This document shows positions 59,374 to 64,000 of a stretch of 64,000 nt of DNA, one piece after another. Under the pieces are notes generated by a model that saw only the letters and a program-made list of their open reading frames with translations, was not told the origin of the DNA and made no database searches. Location: NCBI RefSeq assembly GCF_011386835.1, contig NC_088805.1, positions 26,288,001 through 26,352,000 on the forward strand, in the 5' to 3' direction. Source of the DNA: Chrysemys picta bellii (Eukaryota). Numbering within the stretch: the first letter of the stretch is position 1; the number at the start of each line of letters is the position of its first letter. The position numbers were made by a program, and so were the translations under genes.

Positions 59374-61059
59374 GCTGTGTATGGTAGCAACTGGAGGTGG
59401 AGAGGGAGAAAGTTTGTGTGGAAGCTACAGCAAGGATTTTAGTGTTAAAGGGTGAGCAAAGGCTGTCAGCACTGTTGACAATAAGATGTTACCTTGGGTT
59501 TTTAGTATTCCACATAGTGTGAGATGTTGGGTTCACAGGGGATATGCCATAGACATCAGTGCTTTAAATATTAGCCAGTGGCTTGGAGGGTTTGGTGGAA
59601 GCCATAGCAGATTGACTGTGGCAATTGCAAACACACAGTTGAATGCAATTTATGAATAGAGAAGTTCTAAAAATGTAATGGTATATTTAGTGTTATGTGA
59701 CTTGTAGGGGGGCTTTTTTTAATATGGAAAATCTTTCTGGGCTTGAAGTTACCACCACCCTTCTTTCCTTCTGGGGGAAAAAAGTAGGCTGGACATCTGT
59801 TTCTGACTATCTTAGTTTTATGCTGCTGCTTTTGCACTTTCCACCAAGGCTATAACAGGGAAGGTGCGAGACAAAGATTGGCAGGTTGGCACAGATGTAT
59901 GACATAAAAATGGCATTGAGAATACTGGCAGTTGTGTTTTGATCTTAAATCAGAAGCTTATTTTTGCATGACTTGAGAAGAATTGGTTTATGTAATACAT
60001 AATGTTAATGAAACCCTCTTTTACTTTGAAAAAATAGTTTTGTGGTGGCACAGCACATCATACAAAATGTGTACTGAGCCATTTTTGTAGCATTTTTTTT
60101 GTTATGACAGTAACTTGGATTTTTCTTTGTGCTTTCTAGAAAAAGTGAGTTGTACCACTGCTCTCAAGGTATCTAGTAGTTGTATAACAATTTTTTGTTT
60201 TGTGCTTCAGCTTTTTTTGTGATTCTTCTAACAGGTTGGGTCTTGTTGCTTAGTAGTATTGGGATAGATTGCAGACTACAGCTTTTTTTAAAACAAGATT
60301 CAACAATGAAAATGTAGGGAACATCTTGCAATATCGTCAACTTTTTTAAAGTAACTTTTGTGTGGATTTTGGGATGCAAGAAACAGCCTTTTATAGTATT
60401 GCACAACTTGAGCCACAGAGCTTGATAAAGTAACTTTTGCTTATGCTTACTCAAAAGCATTATACTTTGTAAAAATTATGGAGTTGTATTTTGACTTGAT
60501 TAGCTTAGTTTTAGGTTTGACTACATGAATGTAAGAATATAAACGATAAGGTATTAAGATGTAGCTTTTTCTGATGTACTTCTGTTGTGTTTTTGGATTC
60601 TAAATTAATGCAAAACTGAGTAGTTGAAACTTATATATTGAGCTTAGTTTTGTGGGTTAAGTTTCACAAAACAGAAGATTAGCTATTATTTATTGAATGT
60701 TTTTAACGTCAGTCACAATGTCAGGAGTTCGGTATTACCCTAGTGTTTGCAACCAGAACACTATAACTTTATTCTGATTATTCAGGAACCAGATTACTGA
60801 AACTAACTAGTCCAGAGTCGTCCAAACTGAATGCCATGCAAGTAAACTGTCACAGTTCTTTCACTCAATCTAAATTGTTAGCAACAGATATCTTTAAGGG
60901 AATTAAAAAATGGAGGGATGTATATGAAGGAGAGTGGCAATTGGGATGTCTTTTGGAGATTACTGTGATCATACAGCTGGAGTGCTTAAATTATCTAAGG
61001 GTGAGTATAAAACTAAACTTGGTTATTCTAAGAACATATGAATTGCTATACTAGTTCCA

Positions 61060-62290
61060 ACTAGTGGTCATCCTTTGTAGGCCCTGCAGTAGGCAGGTAT
61101 GAGATAACTTGCCCCCAGGGAAAGCTTCTTCCTAACCCTTTTAGTTGTTGGCTTATACTCAAGCATGAGTATTTATATCTTCCAAAACTCTTGTTTGTTT
61201 GTTTAATATTTATAACCCAGGATATTCTTAATATACATGCTAAACTTTTAAATGTCTTGCTTTGAGTTCCACGGACTAATTGTTCATTATGTAGGAAAGT
61301 CTTCTCTCTCTCTCTCCCCCCCCCCCCCCCCCCCCCGCAATTTTGGCTTTGTCCCATCTAAATCACCCCATATAGATTGAAAACTTCTGTTCACCCCATT
61401 CATTATTTTTGCAGACTTTTATAATGTCCCCTCTCACTCAACTCCAATTGAAGATACAGTCCCAATCTTTTCAGTTGCCTTTCATGAGATTTTCCCTGTG
61501 CTTAATCATTCTAGTCACCTGTCTCTAAACTTACTTTATTTCCGCCATCTCCTGATAGAGTTGGGGTGACCAAAACAGTATTCCAGGTGGGGACATTTTG
61601 TTGATATGTCGAATTCCATTATGATTTCCTCATTTAGTCTCTCCCTGTTTGTTTGCTCTTTTGGCCACATTGAGCAGAAGTCTTCATTGAGCTAGTAACG
61701 GTGATACTCAGGTTTCTTTTCTGAATTGATAGTTTACTTAGAACCCAGTAAAGCGTGTGAGTAGTTCACATTGAAGGAATAATCTGCATTGCTTGCATAT
61801 GTCCACATAGAACAACTTCTTCCGCTGTGAAGTTCTCTCTGAAGTTCCTGGAACTTCTCCAGTATTGACTAAACATTGTCTTCTGCAAACTTTGTCGCCT
61901 TGCTACTCCCACCCTCTTCCAGTTAATTTATAAATGTGGCATTCTACTGTTAACCTTTTCTCATGATGAAAATTAACCATTTTTTCCTACTTTGATTTTT
62001 ACTTTAATCCAGTTTCTAAACTGGCTACTTAGTGTTTTTTTTTTTAGTAGCCCCTTTTGAAGGGTGGTCAAAGGCCTTTTGAAAGTTTAAATTGTCACCT
62101 TTTTCTTTTAATAATTTATTGACTTATTCAGATAATTCTAAAAGACTAGTGAGATGATTTTTCTCTGAGAAAGCAGCAGTGCTGACTAGATTTCCTCATC
62201 ATGGTGTTCTAGGTATCTTATATTTAATTAAACCAAGTACAGAGGTAAGGCTTACCGGTCTGTAATTCTCCAGATCACTCTGAATGCCTT
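61060..62290 (-). mobile_element. Old degenerate CR1-type LINE fragments
   Basis: Blocks such as aatcattctagtcacc, ttggggtgaccaaaac and gtcttctgcaaacttt parallel the CR1 at 15.3-17.2 kb. Confidence 0.6.
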
Positions 62291-62399
62291 AAAGTACAAT
62301 ATTTGTTACCCTGTAATACTTTGTAGGAGTATCTGGCTTTAATGGGATTATATGGTTTTACTGACAGTTAAATCTGGATGTGTCCTCTTCAATTTGGGG

Positions 62400-63060
62400 C
62401 TCTCGCTGTCCTCACATTTTGGCCGTGTCTAAGTCTTGTCTATTTTTTCTGCATAACATCTCTAAGATGCAGCCTTTCTTATTCATCTCCACAATTAAAA
62501 CTATCATGTAAACTCGCATCTTGATTACTGCAACATCCTCCTTTTTGGCCTTTCCAATCCAATCCAGCATGTCACCCCCTCTTTGAATTCCTCCACTGGC
62601 TCCCCTTTCTCTAACATATCAAACATATTCACTTCCAAGGCCCTTCAGTCAGTCCCCATCCTACCTATTATCTCATTTGCTGTTGAGCTGTCAATGCCAG
62701 CTTTTGCTTGTCTACTTGTTATATTTTCGAACAAGCACATTCCTGTCTTCTCCCATGCTGCCCATTTGCTTGGGCAGTTTTACCTGTAAAAATCCACAAA
62801 GATATCTCATTATGCAACTCCAAAACCCTCCTAAAGCGCTCCTTCACCATGAGACTACAAAAAAATTAACAGGCTGTTGGTGTGGTGAAATCACTGCCTG
62901 TCCTATTGACCAACATTGTTTCCTTGTGCTCCCCTGTCTGTGTCCATCTGTTCTCTTGTTTTATACTTAGATTGTAAGCTCCTTTAGGTAAGGGCCATCT
63001 TTTTGTTCTGTTTGTACAGCACCTAACAGTGGGGGTCCTTATCCTTGACTACGGCTCCTA
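62400..63060 (+). mobile_element. L2 LINE 3' end
   Basis: catcttgattactgcaacatcctcctttttggc translates HLDYCNILLFG (L2 RLDYCN motif); ctccactggctcccc; tail tagattgtaagctc...tgtacagcaccta. Confidence 0.8.
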
Positions 63061-64000
63061 GACACTATGGTAATAGTTACTAACTTCATTCTTAAACTGA
63101 TTGATGGAATTTACATTATCAGTTTGTTCCGGCATGTGTTTTTGTTTTGTTTTGACACCACAATCTTTGCCAGTACCTCTTGTATTACTAGACAAGGGTA
63201 GGTATCTCCTCAACAATGGGCAGTCTAGAACTAGGGAGCACAAGAATTTTGGATCTTTGAGCTTTGTCTGTTACCTGTTCTGGCAATTGTCAGCAGTGTA
63301 GGTGCTGTTAACCAAGTGTTTGAACGTATCTTAGCTATTAGTGCAGACAAGGATAAGCTGCTTAGCATTGTTTTGAAAACTTTGGATAAAACCATGTTTC
63401 TGAAACAATGCTGAATGTTTTGTCCTTTTCTATGCTTACAGCTAAACAGAGTTAAGCTACACAGTGCAGACACCTGTTGTCAACAGTGAGTAAACTCTAG
63501 GAGTGCAAGCAAACCTATACAGAAAAGTGAGTAACTGTAATGTTTGAGCAAAAACTCAGTCCCTTTGTGGAATGAAAGGGGATATTTGTATTATGATTTC
63601 TAGTAACTGGGCTTCCCCTTTTCCCCAAAAACATGGAGTATTTGACTTCTTAATTTACTCCAGGACGGTATAAAACTTAACAGCTATCCTATACATGAAA
63701 AGCCCATGGCCTATGTTTTGCTCAGTGTCCCTTACTGATATTTGGTGACTTAATACATTAAATACAGCACTTGACCATCTATCCTGCCCACTATGCAAAA
63801 AATCCTCTCAAATTCATGTATGGTACAAAAACTAAAAGCTTATTAGTTTAGTATAAAACAAGTATTTCTAGAACTACTTAAATTAACTGACTTTTCCTGA
63901 ATTCTTGTCTCATTAAGCAGGTACAGAATTGTTATAGGCTAAACAAGCCAATTATTTTTAACTACTACCTAAGTACTTCTCCCTGCTTAGGCAATATGCT

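Noticed and set aside
60140-60144. Possible 5-nt microexon (tttctag|AAAAA|gtgagt) in SBNO1 intron 1
   Set aside because: Adjacent acceptor- and donor-like motifs occur by chance in T-rich introns; no supporting context.
54855-64000. Search for the first major SBNO1 coding exon (MVEPGQDLLLAAL...)
   Set aside because: Not found in the plus-strand ORF track or by scanning the sequence; presumably beyond the window end.
1-64000. CRISPR arrays, prokaryotic operons, endogenous viral ORFs, rRNA or intact tRNA genes
   Set aside because: None seen; all longer ORFs are explained by host exons, CR1/L2 remnants or GC-rich DNA.

Overview
Vertebrate genomic DNA, very probably a cryptodiran turtle judging by the repeats (tRNA-headed CR1-tailed Pol III SINE, CR1, Penelope-like pLTRs, hAT and Harbinger MITEs, LF-SINE). 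The window holds the block syntenic to human 12q24.31: the 3' part of RILPL1 (+, two alternative terminal coding exons), SNRNP35 (-, single coding exon), RILPL2 (+, 4 coding exons, 211 aa), KMT5A/SETD8 (-, 8 coding exons, 344 aa) and the probable promoter, first exon and start of intron 1 of SBNO1 (+). Exon boundaries were read by hand from splice signals and reading-frame continuity; family identities are recalled from known sequences, not from a database search. Main points for a second look: minimal hammerhead-ribozyme motifs in Penelope-like repeats (one intact, one nearly intact and in sense orientation in RILPL2 intron 2); an apparent 1-nt frameshift in the SNRNP35 RD/RS tail; and a ~750-bp duplication in SBNO1 intron 1 with a nested hAT element, an empty site, asymmetric CpG decay and a 71-bp invariant block that can fold into a hairpin. 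No prokaryotic, CRISPR or viral system was seen, and nothing here is demonstrated to be a new system.
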